Positions 21,528 to 32,791 are shown, numbered from the whole stretch's first letter. The stretch is DNA of 54,121 bases, filler included, from Asterionella formosa (GCA_002256025.1; 4 parts of 4 records of this genome joined end to end with filler, not necessarily neighbours in it); one strand, 5' to 3'. Notes: generated by a model from the letters alone, not told the origin. Translations and numbers: made by a program.

Positions 21528-24500
21528 TTAGTTTCCAGGTCTCATCTTGGGAAGGATTCTGGCCTGATGTTTGAGCAGAGAATCAAGTTCCTTGGACTTT
21601 CCATTCACATAGGCTTCAAGCTTTTGGCGCAAGCTACGTAGATTTCCAGGACGTGAACCCATAGCAGTTTGACTACCTTCGTCAAGGTTCAAAAGGGTAT
21701 CGAACAATTCAGACCAAAGCTCCTTCTGCCAGTACCGTCGGAGCGCTTTTCGAGGCTTCCAATGTCGGTTTCTCCCCTGTTCAATCTCCATGTGAATTCC
21801 GAATAGGAGCACATGTGCGGAAGCACAGATTCCAAATGTATCTATATCAAATGACCAACCATATCCTTTTCGCATTGCCACACATGCCATATCCTCAGTT
21901 GTGGCTTCTCCAAATAATTTAACGTTCATGACGTCAACTCCATTCTTCGTGCACATTTCCATGTCGACGGATCGTCCAAAATCGACAAGCATCAAGTCCG
22001 ACGCTTCCAGTATCGATCCGCATCCATCAAAAGCGGTCTGCGATGCCATCAGTACCCAATTATCTGGTTTTGCATCGCAATGAAGAATCTTACCATGCCA
22101 GTGAAGAGTCTCAATGTGTTTCAGCATTCGTGACGTGTAGTGTATGGCGATAAGTTCCGGAACAGGACATCCTTCACATGTTTTGTACACATTGACAATA
22201 TCAACAAGATTCATTCCAGTTGAGGATCCTGCTGTCATTCCAAGCAGGCCGCCGTCTGATAAAGAGACAAACGAGAGTGGAAGCGGAAACGGAAAGGGGG
22301 ACGATGCTGTTCTAGGGTAATGCAGACTGACTCGTTCCTCCAGTTTCCTCATAACCTCATATTCCCAAGCTAGACAATCAGTTGGAGATTGTGCTTTGAC
22401 GGCAACGATACCACCTTCATTAGGATTGCAATCTTGATGATCTGTTTCTAGCATGATAACTACGCCGTATGATCCGCGCCCAAGTTCATGCTTGATCACT
22501 CCACACTTGTTGCCGACGCTGATTTCCGACCCTTGAGTAGACGTTTTCTTTTTCAATGCTTGGGGCATAGATTGGGTCGGCATGTCTCGCACGGTACCCT
22601 TGGTTGAAAGAAGCGTTCCCAAATCCATTTCTTCGGATTCTCTTGAGAAAGGACGACGATTGGAGCTTTTTCGGGCCTCCTGATCAAGTTTTCGAAGAGA
22701 ATTTCGGATGTCATCTTTGTGCAAGGCAGTGTATTCAACTGCACTACCCGTCTTCATCATACTTATGTCCACTGTAGGCGATTGTTGGTGACTCATCCGA
22801 CAGACGTCTTCTGGGATGATCTGCGAAATGTCTCCAAAGGCAGGAGAATAGCCAGTTAATACATCCCCAGTATCTCCTACTTTATATTTTTCGAAACCGT
22901 CGATCTGTATAGCAATATCAAGAGTATGAGTGAAAGAAACAGTACAATAGACAGTCAATAGCTTGCGTATGCTTACATCGAGGTCATCATCAAGGTGAAT
23001 GCATAAGTCTGTTTTGACGGGTTGCATGCCCGGAATGGAACACATTGATGATGTTGGCCGCTTCTTCGTACCAACGTCGCGAAGCACATCCATAGCTTCC
23101 CCGAAAATAGAAAGAGAAGCCGTGTCCCCTGCACCATCCGACCCTTCGTCCCCATCAATGTCACTGTCAGCTTCGTCATGTTCATGGTATATAGTGAATG
23201 GAATCTTCGCTGAAACAGGCTGATTCGCATCTAACCGCCTGAGCGATGCATCATTATGGTTGCCATAAAAAATAGAAAAACCTTTGGCAGTAGCTGCTGG
23301 TTTCTTATCTGACCGGTCGTCGCTGTCCTCGAAAATGGAAAATCCAATGCCCGTCGAAGGTGGTTGCTTGTCACGAGGAATTTCTGAAGAATCCTTGGCT
23401 ACTGGTTTTGACTCTTCTTCATAAGATTGGTCAGCAAAAATCTCGAACCCTGGATCACAAATTGGTGCAGGTTGAATGGCCAACATACGGCAGTCATCAT
23501 CACCTTCTACTGCTCTGAGCACAGAATTTCCGAAGCTCCGCGAAAAATTCGTCCTAGCGTGAGGATTCCCGACACGATTTGCGTTTTCATCGTTCCCTTC
23601 TTGAATCAAGGAATTGTTTAATCCGCATTGCTCCCCGTCGTCGATTAGGCCATGAATCAAGGAGAAAGTTGCTGTTTCGTTATCACTATTGACATCGCTG
23701 TTTAGACGAGCACGCTGCGCTATGGGGGCATCATCGTCTTCTAATCCCATGGCTGGACTTGAAAACATCATGCTGAGCTCCTTCATAGCGAGCTTGGTAT
23801 TGATCGTTTCTTCTTCCTTGGCCACAGCAACTCCGACAGCATCTCGTTCGTTAATGGTGGAACTCGCTGTAGAAGCGTTGAAAATAAAGCTATTACTCTG
23901 ACTATCGACGCTAACGTTCAAGGAAAAGAGCACTCGACGAGAGGGAATTACAGGAGTGGTGACATCATTGGATCTTTCGTCTTCCTCTTCCATTTCAACA
24001 TCTTCAATGGAATCCTCATCCATTCGACTCTCATCCTTGACAAGTAAATTGAAATTCTCAGATTCGTTAGTGAGTATGTAGAATCTTGCCAGCATTCTTC
24101 TTTCTTCGAAACACTGTTCTTGCCCAGATGCATCATTGGCAAGCAGTTTTTTGTTGAAGCCACAGCTAATGGATGCCTTTGGTTTTGAGTCAGTGACTTC
24201 CTTGGGCTCGGGTGCTGGTAGCTTTGATGGATCGCGAATGTATTTCATGGGATCTTTCGTTAGTTTCTCTGCCATGGCTTCTTCTGTGCGCTCCCTAAAT
24301 GCACGATCTCGATCCCGCCGCAATCGATCAAAGTGAGCTTGTTCCTGTGACCGTGTTTGTATTTGTCGATCGGCACATTCTGCGTCTATGTGCACGGCAA
24401 AAGAGAGCGGTCTCGGGTCTTGTGTGACAGGCACTCCATATCTAGTTGCGTATGCACCTCGTTCATTCCATGCTTCAGCTGCTCTTTTATTCTCTTGGTT

Positions 24501-25484
24501 GCGCTCAGCTTCAGTCTCCAACTCACGATTGTACTCCTTACCACGGGACTGGTCCAAGTCATATCCATTGCCCTGATGATTTTGGTTGTCATTTTCGTCA
24601 ACAAAGATTTGGAATCTGCTGCCTAGTGCATTTGAAGCGCCCTCGTTCTCGCCTTGTGGTTTCGTCCTCAGATTTTTTTCTTGAAAGGTACTCAAGCTTT
24701 GATCCCCTGGTGGCTGCAGTCCTTGCTGTGTCCCTCTATCTGGTCTCGTGCGCCTATCATTCCGCCGGACTCGTTCCTCATCCAATCCCGCCAGTGTAGC
24801 CCTCCCATGTTTCTTCTCTGACCCTTCCTGTTCTTCATCGTGCTGCTTTGAAGTGTTTAGCCAATGCCGACTCATTCTTCTTTGGAATTGCTTGTGCCGT
24901 TGCTGCAGCACCTTCAATGGCGCTGCTTCCTTCGCCAGTCCCTTGAGGTATACCTTCTCTGCAAAGGCATAATCCCCCTTGTTCTCAGCTACCCACGCCC
25001 ACGCAATCCAAAAGAGCGCGGTTTCATTTCCCACCTGCTGTGAGTGCAAGTATTTGAATACGTCACCTGGGAACTGCGTCTTGTCTGCGTAAGTGACGCA
25101 GACTCGAATGAACCGAACATCATTGGAATATCTGATATCGCCCAACAGAGCTCGAGTGCATCGTTCCATGAGCAGGAATTGCTCGTGTGTATTTGCTGGA
25201 AATGTCTCCTGATGGAACCTTATGTAGGCGAGCCAGTGGATCAATGGATCATTATTGTTTGCTTCCGACTTCGCTGTTCCAGTGTCGTCTTCTGATGATT
25301 GCAGCAGCAAGCGCTCGTAATGCTGAATCATTTGCTGTTGTTGTTTGTATTCCTCTTCAGAGGATGTTTCCTTATTGCGCTTCTTCTTCTCTGTCAACGT
25401 CGACACATTGCGTCCTCGTTGGAGCGGAGCTGTGTTTTCCTTGGAGAGCTCCCAGTGCGGTCCAGCATCATCCCCCGACGACAT
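21528..25484 (-). CDS. BUB1: Spindle checkpoint kinase Bub1/BubR1 (Mad3-Bub1); probable 72-nt intron 22976-22905
   Basis: N-terminal WELSKEN.APL.RGR KEN box and TPR domain, GLEBS-like EQCFEERR and CD1-like TINTKLAMKELSMMFS. Kinase motifs LGRGSYG, VAVK, HCDAKPDN and DFG, followed by RRYWQ..LW. Confidence 0.93.
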   Translation of the reverse strand: MSSGDDAGPHWELSKENTAPLQRGRNVSTLTEKKKRNKETSSEEEYKQQQQMIQHYERLLLQSSEDDTGTAKSEANNNDPLIHWLAYIRFHQETFPANTHEQFLLMERCTRALLGDIRYSNDVRFIRVCVTYADKTQFPGDVFKYLHSQQVGNETALFWIAWAWVAENKGDYAFAEKVYLKGLAKEAAPLKVLQQRHKQFQRRMSRHWLNTSKQHDEEQEGSEKKHGRATLAGLDEERVRRNDRRTRPDRGTQQGLQPPGDQSLSTFQEKNLRTKPQGENEGASNALGSRFQIFVDENDNQNHQGNGYDLDQSRGKEYNRELETEAERNQENKRAAEAWNERGAYATRYGVPVTQDPRPLSFAVHIDAECADRQIQTRSQEQAHFDRLRRDRDRAFRERTEEAMAEKLTKDPMKYIRDPSKLPAPEPKEVTDSKPKASISCGFNKKLLANDASGQEQCFEERRMLARFYILTNESENFNLLVKDESRMDEDSIEDVEMEEEDERSNDVTTPVIPSRRVLFSLNVSVDSQSNSFIFNASTASSTINERDAVGVAVAKEEETINTKLAMKELSMMFSSPAMGLEDDDAPIAQRARLNSDVNSDNETATFSLIHGLIDDGEQCGLNNSLIQEGNDENANRVGNPHARTNFSRSFGNSVLRAVEGDDDCRMLAIQPAPICDPGFEIFADQSYEEESKPVAKDSSEIPRDKQPPSTGIGFSIFEDSDDRSDKKPAATAKGFSIFYGNHNDASLRRLDANQPVSAKIPFTIYHEHDEADSDIDGDEGSDGAGDTASLSIFGEAMDVLRDVGTKKRPTSSMCSIPGMQPVKTDLCIHLDDDLDVSIRKLLTVYCTVSFTHTLDIAIQIDGFEKYKVGDTGDVLTGYSPAFGDISQIIPEDVCRMSHQQSPTVDISMMKTGSAVEYTALHKDDIRNSLRKLDQEARKSSNRRPFSRESEEMDLGTLLSTKGTVRDMPTQSMPQALKKKTSTQGSEISVGNKCGVIKHELGRGSYGVVIMLETDHQDCNPNEGGIVAVKAQSPTDCLAWEYEVMRKLEERVSLHYPRTASSPFPFPLPLSFVSLSDGGLLGMTAGSSTGMNLVDIVNVYKTCEGCPVPELIAIHYTSRMLKHIETLHWHGKILHCDAKPDNWVLMASQTAFDGCGSILEASDLMLVDFGRSVDMEMCTKNGVDVMNVKLFGEATTEDMACVAMRKGYGWSFDIDTFGICASAHVLLFGIHMEIEQGRNRHWKPRKALRRYWQKELWSELFDTLLNLDEGSQTAMGSRPGNLRSLRQKLEAYVNGKSKELDSLLKHQARILPKMRPGN

Positions 25485-26111
25485 GGTTCTTCGTAAAATT
25501 CTCTAAGTAATAGTAGACCTGTTTGATCGAGACTATAAAATGAATATCCGCAGCAGGCGCTTCCGGTAGTTGTTCAGTTGGAATTTGAATTGAATGATTT
25601 GTCTTCAGTATTGAAGATAATTATAAACCGTCAATATAGCCGACAGGAGACGAGCTCACATTTTTATATCCATACCGGTATATGCCAGCACACATATACC
25701 GGTATTCTATTGGACTTTCGACCGTGGTGTGTTTATGTTATCAAAACCAGGTAGTAAGGAGAGTAGTTTACCATGACTACGGTAAATACCAGTACAAGGT
25801 AGGAGGAGTGCGACCAGTTGCCAGGGTGGTGCCTGCCAGTAGTGTTGGTATCCTGGCTCCTGCTGCCCCCAACAAAGACACGACATGCTACGGTAGTATG
25901 CTCTGTTCAAAACCGCGCTATTTAATGATAATAAAGAGCATCCCACCGTTTGATCGACAAAGAAATACCAAAGCCAGCAATTGCGGTAGTCGAAAATAGT
26001 ATCATTACACGTCACTTAGTCGAGAAATTTTTTATCAATTAATAATAATATGCATGTATTCTTATTTAATCGAAACTTTCATATTTTTGTTCATATGATA
26101 CAGCATCAATC

Positions 26112-26278
26112 TGTTAATATCTGCATATGATGCTCCATACATGCGCCGTACAAACCATACCGGCGCAGCCACCAGATTAGGTACATGCGTGAGTGCTAAC
26201 AACGATGTACTTGGAACAGCAATAGAATAGTCATAATATTGTAGTTCACCTTTATTCACGATAAGGTTCCCCTCAACA
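26112..26278 (+). repeat. Candidate 5' LTR (167 bp, TGTT...AACA)
   Basis: Inverted TGTT/AACA termini about 150 bp upstream of a gag-like ORF, with a self-complementary PBS directly after the CA. The left boundary cannot be confirmed without the 3' LTR. Confidence 0.6.
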
Positions 26279-26425
26279 GAACTACAATATCTGTTCTTTC
26301 TCTCTTGTCCGCACCTGCGAAGTTGCGGGTCTTGTCGACAGTGCAAACCAGCACTGGTCTCAACAATCAACCGTCCAGCACTGCTTGCCCGTTCGCTGTC
26401 CCTGTCTCTCAGGCCTTCTTCCACC

Positions 26426-27021
26426 ATGACGACTCCAATCGTTTCTGCTGTTTTCCCATTCCCTCATCCGCTCTTGACGCCAATCGAGGGCAAACCTACA
26501 GCCTTCACTGTAACCCGCCTTCGCAAGGAACTCTTTGCCAACGCTCGCTCTGTCCACTGTACCAGTGGTGGTGGTGCCAATGGTTTCCTTGGTATTGTCA
26601 TGGCTGCTGCTCCTTATCTCTTACGTGCCGGTGAACCCTTTGTACCGCCCGAACATCCCGGCATCCAGCCGCCACACAGTGCTACTGCAACACAGTCCCA
26701 AATCACTGCTGCCAACCGTCTCTTTGACACCTCCCTTGACGCATTCCGCCGTTACTCCCAAATCCGTGAAATTCTCCGACAACAAATTCTAACAGCCATT
26801 GACCCAACCTACTACAACGTTCTGGAAGATGCTACATTTGGATATGCAGACATCACTGTTCTGACCTTACTTGCTCACTTAGAATCTACATATGCAACAT
26901 TGAGTGCGGATGATTTGGAACTCAATCGCATGCACTTGGCCGATGCTTGGACACCAGAGGAACCTATTGAGCATTTATGGATCCGCATCAAACATCTTCG
27001 TGCCATTGCTGATGCTGGTGG
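26426..27021 (+). mobile_element. Gag N-terminus of a diatom Ty1/copia (CoDi-like) retrotransposon, cut by the scaffold end
   Basis: FPHP.LTPIEGKPT...LRKELFANARSV...GGGANGFLG..M, LED.TFGYADIT...LL.HL..TY and W.P.EPIE.L: motifs I recall from diatom copia gag proteins. ORF is uninterrupted up to the gap. Confidence 0.75.
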
Positions 27022-27121
27022 NNNNNNNNNNNNNNNNNNNNNNNNNNNNNNNNNNNNNNNNNNNNTTAATTAATTAANNNNNNNNNNNNNNNNNNNNNNN
27101 NNNNNNNNNNNNNNNNNNNNN
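27022..27121. other. Artificial scaffold linker
   Basis: N44-TTAATTAATTAA-N44. Confidence 0.98.
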
Positions 27122-27266
27122 GGACTCTACTATGTACAATCCTATATGCAGACTAACAAGTACCGGTAGTACACAGCATGTAAACTACATTGATGCCGAT
27201 CAGAATAGTAAAACTGCTTTTTCTTCGCAAATGCCTACTCCTTTTAATAAAGTCTACAAATGGAAA

Positions 27267-28337
27267 ATGACGACAACGAAAGATTCCTTGGTCTTAACAA
27301 GAAAATCCTGCCTGCTCCTGCTCACCCTTCTCAGTACCTGGACGCTTACTGCTAGCTTCCAACCATTTTCAACAGTGAAATCAATTGCCAATCATGGACG
27401 CGCGGATACCAAGCTACTGTTACCATTTCAGAGAAAGGTCCAAGTTGCAAATGCCCTAGAAGTGGTGACACCTGACAATGAGGCCACGAAGAAACTGCAA
27501 ATGACCAAGGCTTACAACGTGTGTTCCATAATCTTGGGAGTCACATCGACTGTCATTCTCTTTATGACAGATAAGACCCAGAATCGTTTGCTTGGGAAGA
27601 AAGTGGCCGGTGCCGTTGGATTCGCACTGGCTTCTGGCGTGTCATACATTCTTGCTGGCGCCAACGATCATGGTAGACTTGGTAGTGATACGTACAAGCG
27701 TCTAAATATTGGACTGTTTGGATTTTCGTCTCTGGGACTTCTTGGTTTGCCCGGAGAGGCTGGCTTTTTGCCAAACTTTGAATCCTTTGTTGTCGTCCTG
27801 TCGGCAATGACTGTTGTTAAGGTTTTTGTTGGCATTGTTGCGTTTAAAGGGTGGAAACGAGGAATCTCCAGTCAAACCTCGATGCTCATTGAATTATTTG
27901 AGGGTTCCCGGTCAACAGCGAAAGGGCTATGGTTCACCAAGAAACGAGGCGCTGCATACCGAAACCCACTTCTCCTTGTGATCGCGGGACTTTTCTCTTC
28001 CTTTTTCGAAGCATGTTTCTTCCTCAACAATAAAATGCCTGTCCTTGATACAAGTCTGTGGTGGGCTGCTATCGGTCGGCTCTTCTTGATCACTACCATG
28101 ATGTACAGCTTAAAAGATGCGGCGGAGCGAGAACGGCTGGCGGGAACAACATTTATTCAGTTGAACTTTATGATGTTCATGTGGCTCTTCACTGTCGGAA
28201 TTGCTCAAGGTCTCAGTGTAGATGAACCATTTATGCTCACTAAGGCGAGTCTACTTCCACTTTCCATGCCATTCTTAATCGAAACTGGTCGCTATCAAAC
28301 TGAGAAAAACAACAATGACAAAGCTACGAAGAAGTAG
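27267..28337 (+). CDS. Multi-pass membrane protein of unknown function, probably plastid-targeted
   Basis: Signal peptide ending LTAS|FQPF (ASAFAP-like) and about 8 hydrophobic segments. Internal two-fold repeat (GRLGSDTYKRLNIGL / ERLAGTTFIQLNFMM). The ORF opens at 27132, but Met46 fits the presequence. Confidence 0.75.
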   Translation: MTTTKDSLVLTRKSCLLLLTLLSTWTLTASFQPFSTVKSIANHGRADTKLLLPFQRKVQVANALEVVTPDNEATKKLQMTKAYNVCSIILGVTSTVILFMTDKTQNRLLGKKVAGAVGFALASGVSYILAGANDHGRLGSDTYKRLNIGLFGFSSLGLLGLPGEAGFLPNFESFVVVLSAMTVVKVFVGIVAFKGWKRGISSQTSMLIELFEGSRSTAKGLWFTKKRGAAYRNPLLLVIAGLFSSFFEACFFLNNKMPVLDTSLWWAAIGRLFLITTMMYSLKDAAERERLAGTTFIQLNFMMFMWLFTVGIAQGLSVDEPFMLTKASLLPLSMPFLIETGRYQTEKNNNDKATKK

Positions 28338-28631
28338 TTAGCATGAGAAAGTGGCAATTGAATCAGAAATACCGGTACTCGTTTAATTTAGGGTATTTCC
28401 AACTCAGCTAAATTATGATGTTTGGTACACTTCACATTTTCTACTTTCGTTCAATCAACTCTCTGGTCCAGGTCCGTCCATTCAACGTCGTGACAAAACC
28501 AAAGGCGTCCTGCAGCCTTGTCTGTCTGCTTTCATATTCCTCGCGATTTCCCCAACACATCCACTAACATTATTAAAAGATCTCGGATGATGGCTTTTTC
28601 TTTCCATTTCCATCAATGAAAACATGCCACT

Positions 28632-30367
28632 TTAGGCTCTTTGGTCGATTCGAACTTCCAAATCACGCCCATCGAGGTCAACCCCATTGAGCTTCTGGAC
28701 AGCTTCTTCGGCAGCAGCGGCGGAGCTCATGCGAACAGTAGCAACTCCTTTTTTGCGACCTCCAGGGCCTTCCATAACATTGACATGCTCGACCTCACCA
28801 CACTGACGGAAATGGTCCTTCAAGCTCTGCCAGTTAGTATCAAATGAAAGGTTGCTGACAAAGAGCTGTGTACCACTTTCACCGCGTGACTCACGAGGTT
28901 GGCCACGACCAGTCCCTCCACGGCCACCACTACGGCCTCCACCACGACCTCCTCCACGACCTCCACCTCCTTGTGCTCGATCCTCGCGAACGTACAAGGG
29001 TCGGTTGTTCAATTCGGAATTTTGCAATTCACGAATGGCCCTTGCCGCTTCCTTTGGGTGTTGGTAGACAACAATACCACATCCGATCGAACGTCCGTCA
29101 GGACCAGTCAAGATAGTCGCATTGTCTACATTCCCAGCAGCTCTCATGTGATCTTTGAGATCCTGCCAGCTCGTTTCATAGGACAAGTTCCAGACATAGA
29201 CGGATGTGCCCTTGGCATCTCCACCTCCACGGCCTCCTCCTCCACCAGCAGCAGCAGCACTGCCAGTTCCATGAAAGGTCCCACTTGAGGTCTCACGGTC
29301 TTCACGCACAAAAATCATGCGTCCCTTCAACTCAGTATCAGTCAATGTTGTAATTGCCTCGCGTGCTTCATCTGGGGTTGCATATTCCACAATTCCACAT
29401 CCCTTGGAACGACCATTCGCTTCCGTGATAACTTCCGCGTGAACAACCTCGCCTGCCTCTCTCATATGATCCTTCAAATCTTGCCAGGCGACATCCCAAC
29501 TCAAGTTGCCTACATAGCAACGACGCGACTGTGCCTGGTCATCGGATCCAAATCGATTGGCAGCTCCTCCAGGTCCAGCAGAAGGTGATCCGGTAGATGC
29601 GACAGATCCACCACGTTCTTCACGATCCTCTCTGACAAAAATTTGCCTTCCGTTCAATTCCGTGTCATTCAAAGTGAGGACGGCTTTTTGCGCAGTTTCT
29701 GGATTAGCAAATTCAACTATTCCACATCCCTTGGACCGACCATCTGGTCCTGTCATGACATCGGCCCTTGTGACATCTAGACCAGCTTCCTTCATGTGAT
29801 CCTTCAAATCTTGCCAAGACACATCCCAGGCCAAGTTGCCCACATAGACTCGGCAATTCCTGGCTTCGGAGGTAGGTCCCTTGTTGGTAGGAGTAAAGCG
29901 TCGATTAGTACGGCCAGCTGCAGCTGTCGTGAAGGATCCGGCAGCGACAGTTTCTCCCTGTGGTGGTGGTGTTGCTTCTGGCTCATTGGAGGAGGGTCCT
30001 TCTGCTGCAATTGTTGTATCGACAGCATCTGCGGGTTTCTCAGTCTCCGCTACTGGGGTCGTCTCGACCACAGGCTCCTCCTGCTTGACCTCTTCCGTTT
30101 TAGATTCCTCCTGATGAAATGTACAGTCGCGCAAAGTAGTGAGTGAGGGAGCAAGTGCGATGCACACATGAATAGCATCATGTTGCTAGCTAATACAAAT
30201 AAATAGGTAGATTCATTGCTGCACGGCGAGGCATCTCCAGCAGGAGCACACATTCTACAGCGAGCGTTGCTGCAGCTCCCCTGACAAGTACGTCGCACGT
30301 GCCTTCTTCTGGTACCAGTGCCGGTCCATGCAATACAACGATGGAACACGCAAAGCCTTACCGACAT
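28632..30367 (-). CDS. Gbp2/Hrb1/hnRNP M-like protein with four RRMs and RGG tracts; exons 30367-30362 and 30110-28632
   Basis: Four RRMs with the WQ(D/S)LKDH signature and GRSKGCGIVE RNP1, plus RGG linkers. ATGTCG|GTAAGG donor and CATCAG| acceptor give MSEESKTEE. Confidence 0.88.
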
Positions 30368-31302
30368 GGTGCTCTCCTGCTTCTGCCTTGTTATATTTTG
30401 TTGGATGGTGGAGCGAGTTGTGATGGATGCTCATGAGCGAGAGTTTCATGCTAAACGGTCGGTACCTGGGAGTCCAGCAAAATAGCAAGTGGTGCCTGAT
30501 GGTACCAGGTACCAGGGTACCGTACTGTGTTTATTGCTGTACTGGTGGTACCTAGTACATACCATGTAAAAGAAAATTATCGCATCCACCGGACAAAACT
30601 GCCGCATAACAAGTCTAATTTACACGAGTGATTTTGTGGCAGAACATACCCCAAGCAATAGTGGTGCTGACAAAAGTACGCACTGTGCGCGCTCGGTCGC
30701 GTGCAAGTCTCGCCTGGTGTACAGTGCACGACACTGACATATGTAAAAGGTACCAGTACCCGGTGCTGTACCAACCTGCTACCTGGTACCGGTACCTGAT
30801 ACCAGGTACCACCGTAATATACTACTGTAGAGGTGGTGAGTACCAGGGCATCCGGCAACCACGTACTTGGTACTGCAAAGATGTAGTCTAACGCTTTTTG
30901 AGGAGGACTGGTACTGGTAACAGGTACTCCTGCGGAACGGTTATCAAGATATTTAGCAGAGTCCTTGCCGAAATACAAAAAGTGTTAAACCGGACCTTCC
31001 TCTGGTTGTACCAGGTACCAGGTATGTCGCATCGGTACATAGGCTACAGAATACAATGTATATACAGTAAGATATACTTCCGCTTAGATAAGACCTACCG
31101 GGACTGTGGGGACTACATGTTTTTATTCTTAGATTCAGTAAATAACCGGTACCAAGTAGTTCCATCATTGTCCCAGTGGTGGAAAATTCCTGAAAAGCGC
31201 GGATTAATCAACTGCTGTTACCGGTACTACAGATCACAAACAGACAGTGCGGTCCTCCTTTGCACTACCCGGTAACTGAAACTGTTGTCATCCACCACCA
31301 CC

Positions 31303-32791
31303 ATGTCGACATTCCTTAGTTCTCGTCTCATTGCTCGTCATTCCACACAAAGGTTGCTGACAACCATCATTCGATCCTCCTCGTCCACTCCCTGGACGAC
31401 CGAGGAAACAACGACTCAAACGTCGTTCCGATATTGGAAACTACGCAAAGACGATGGCCGCATGCAGCGTCCTATCTTCGTTGCTGCCACTCGTCAGCAC
31501 GTGGGAAAAACGACAGTCTCGCTCGCTCTCATGAGTGGGCTCAAGAAACGGTTTGACAAGGTGGGATTCTTAAAGCCGGTGGGACAACAGCATGTTACCG
31601 TCTTTTCCAACAATCAGAATGCGTCTATACGCGTCGACAAGGACGTGTGTCTTGTCAGAGAACACTTTCGGCTGGATCATATTGACTACGAACACATGTC
31701 GCCAGTCATTATTCCACAAGGATACACCAAACAATACGTCGATGGAGAAATCTCCTATGACAAACAGCTTCAAGACGTGGAAGGTGCCATGCAGCATGTA
31801 ACTGATGCCAGCGATGTCGTCATGTGTGAAGGAACAGGCCATTGTGCGGTTGGGAGCATTGTCAATGTTAACAATGCTAAGATTGCCAGTGTCATCGGGG
31901 CTGATATGATCTTGATTGCCAATGGAGGGTTGGGGAGCGCCTTTGATGAATTGGAGTTGAATAGAATCTTGTGTCAGCACTATAATGTCAGAATTGCCGG
32001 GGTCATTATCAACAAGGTGCGAAGTGACAAGTATGAGCAGACAAAGCACTATTTGAGCAAGGCGATGAAGAAGGCATGGGGTATCCCGTTACTAGGTGAG
32101 TACATATCATGGCATGTAGCAGTGGAGACCTACTACACATTCTATTTGTCGTTCCGCTTGTATCTCAATCTTCCTCACCATACATTTATATCAACAACAA
32201 ATCCTTGAAGGCTGCATCCCAGACCGTCCCTTCCTCGGTTGTCCTGCACTCGCAGACTTGGAATCACTGTTTGGCTCCAAACTCATTTCAGGCAAAGAAT
32301 ATCGATTTAGACATTACTCCATTAGCGACATTAATGTCGTTACAACATCCTTGTCACCGTTTTTGCAGAATATACGGGAAAAGCCAAGTCGAACACTTTA
32401 CATTTGTCATATTACGAGAGATGATTTGATTTTGGGGTTCATGGGAGAATACAACCGTCGTCGACATGAAAATGAAAAACCATTTGAAGCGGCTTTATTA
32501 ATTTGTGGTCGGGCCGAGAAGTATAGCCTGTCGCGAGAAATTACAGAAATGATGGAAGGCATGGAAGGAGCACCAATGATGGTTGTGGAATTGTCTACTC
32601 ATGAAACTATGACAAGGATTAACAATTTCACTCCCAAACTCAATATTGAAGATACGAATCGAGTCAAGGTTGCTATTGAGCATTATGAGCCATATATTGA
32701 TTTTGATGAGCTCCTGCGACGAACAAGCAGTGATAATTCGAGTTTCAATGATCCTACCAGCATCAGTTTTGATGAGCTTCGGAGAATGTAA
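31303..32791 (+). CDS. Stand-alone phosphotransacetylase N-terminal (BioD-like/AAA_26 and DRTGG-like) protein, probably mitochondrial; exons 31303-32095 and 32211-32791
   Basis: IFVAATRQHVGKTT P-loop, GFLKPVGQ, CEGTGH and GVIINKV. Intron GTGAG...GAAG restores PLLGCIPDRPFL. R/S/T-rich, acid-free N-terminus. Confidence 0.85.

Noticed and set aside
30577..31275. ORFs rich in VPGT/YQVP/WYR peptides
   Set aside because: Translations of GGTACC/CCAGG motif clusters in a divergent promoter region, not proteins.
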